A stretch of 64,000 nt of DNA, from positions 1,178,001-1,242,000 of the forward strand of contig NW_027270920.1 in assembly GCF_040938485.1 (NCBI RefSeq). The letters run 5' to 3'. Under the pieces are notes generated by a model, which did no database searches, was not told the DNA's origin, and was given only the letters and a program-made list of their open reading frames with translations. Below are positions 62,952-64,000 of this stretch, in pieces (position 1 is the stretch's first letter; every line of letters starts with the position of its first letter). The position numbers were made by a program, and so were the translations under genes. This DNA is from Diadema antillarum (taxonomy: Eukaryota).

Positions 62952-63703
62952 ATGGCCAAGGCTCTGTTCTTCGTTCTCGCCGCTCTCCTCTTCGTCGCCG
63001 CCCTCGCTGAGGTCGAGATGGACGAGCAGGCCGAGCTCATCGACTACTTCATGGCCGAGAAGAGGGGAATGGGAAGGAACATGAGGAAATACAAGTGTAA
63101 GTATAGAGTTGATGTACCGTAGTACGATTCCACAGAAGTGTATTGATTCATTGCGTTTGAAACAATACAATAGCAAGCCATAATGAATATTATGTTGATT
63201 AATGACTCCCTCTGCATAGTTTAAACCGAGTTTCTTTCCAGAAAAATTCAGCTCACTTTATAGGACAAACAACCCAGTCGAAATATTTAAGTAGTTGCTG
63301 AAGAACGTGAAGAACGCAGTAACGGGTGTTTATTAGTATCAACTGAAATGATGTGTTCACGTATTTGCCACCCTACCCATCTGCTAACGCATACGTGTAA
63401 ACACACACACGCACACACACATACACACACACACACTCATATATGAATATAATATAGATATGAATATATGCAAAAGTGTTGGACAACCTAGCAAAATACC
63501 AAGAAAAACGCACTCCTGTTAGTGTTGAAATCACATTCGTTTGGATTTATACCCTATCTAATGTTTCAATCGAATGATCAAATATGGTGTATGGTGTATA
63601 ATCATGTTTAATTGTCCATGTTGTTTCTATTTTCCAGACTGCCAGCAATGGGACCAGAACTGCTGGTGCAGCAGGAAGAGCGGAAAGGTCGTCTTCTGTA
63701 ACG
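62952..63703 (+). CDS. Secreted Cys-rich prepropeptide, copy P4 (partial; last exon probably beyond the window); mature GMGRNMRKYKYCQQWDQNCWCSRKSGKVVFCN...
   Basis: Coding exons 62952-63096 and 63638-63703 with GT-AG boundaries. No exon 3 found before base 64000. Confidence 0.85.
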
Positions 63704-64000
63704 GTCGGTTCTTTTACTTTCAGTTGCCTTCTTAATGGATTCAACACGGATTGATATAAATCATATCTGATATGCATTCCCGTATAGATTTCCCAGCTTT
63801 TAAAGCTGGACAGCCTTTATCCGTTTGTTTATGTGTTTTAGCATGGCGTAAACAAAAGTGCTGGGAATGTAGTTTAGGCGTTTTGCTCCAAGGCAAAGTT
63901 TTTCATTGACATCACATAGATATTAATCTACCGAGTATATCAAAAATCTTCTTCAGTGTTTGAATCTCTCAATTATATTGTTTTTCAAGTTGCAAAATTT

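Overview
This is AT-rich animal genomic DNA with spliceosomal introns, microsatellites, two N gaps and many transposon relics. An invertebrate deuterostome such as a sea urchin is my inference, not proven. The window holds two tandem gene clusters. (1) 1.6-33.4 kb, minus strand: five intact class A (rhodopsin-like) GPCR genes on an aminergic-like scaffold, each with a single coding exon, a 5' non-coding exon and a conserved promoter block. Each repeat unit also carries a fragment of a second, dead GPCR subtype. The intact receptors lack the aminergic D3.32/Y7.43 pair, show an Arg swap between TM3 and TM7, and are mosaics of one another. (2) 36.4-64 kb, plus strand: four copies of a four-exon gene that the ORF track cannot show whole. 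It encodes a 78-aa prepropeptide with a signal peptide, an acidic pro-piece, a KR site and a cationic 40-aa mature peptide with spacing C-x6-C-x-C-x9-C. I do not recognise this family; it looks like an antimicrobial-, toxin- or signalling-type secreted peptide and is the main discovery candidate. A decayed PIF/Harbinger element with nested retroelement fragments, several MITEs and a fold-back element with a deletion derivative are also present. Coordinates were counted by hand and no searches were run.
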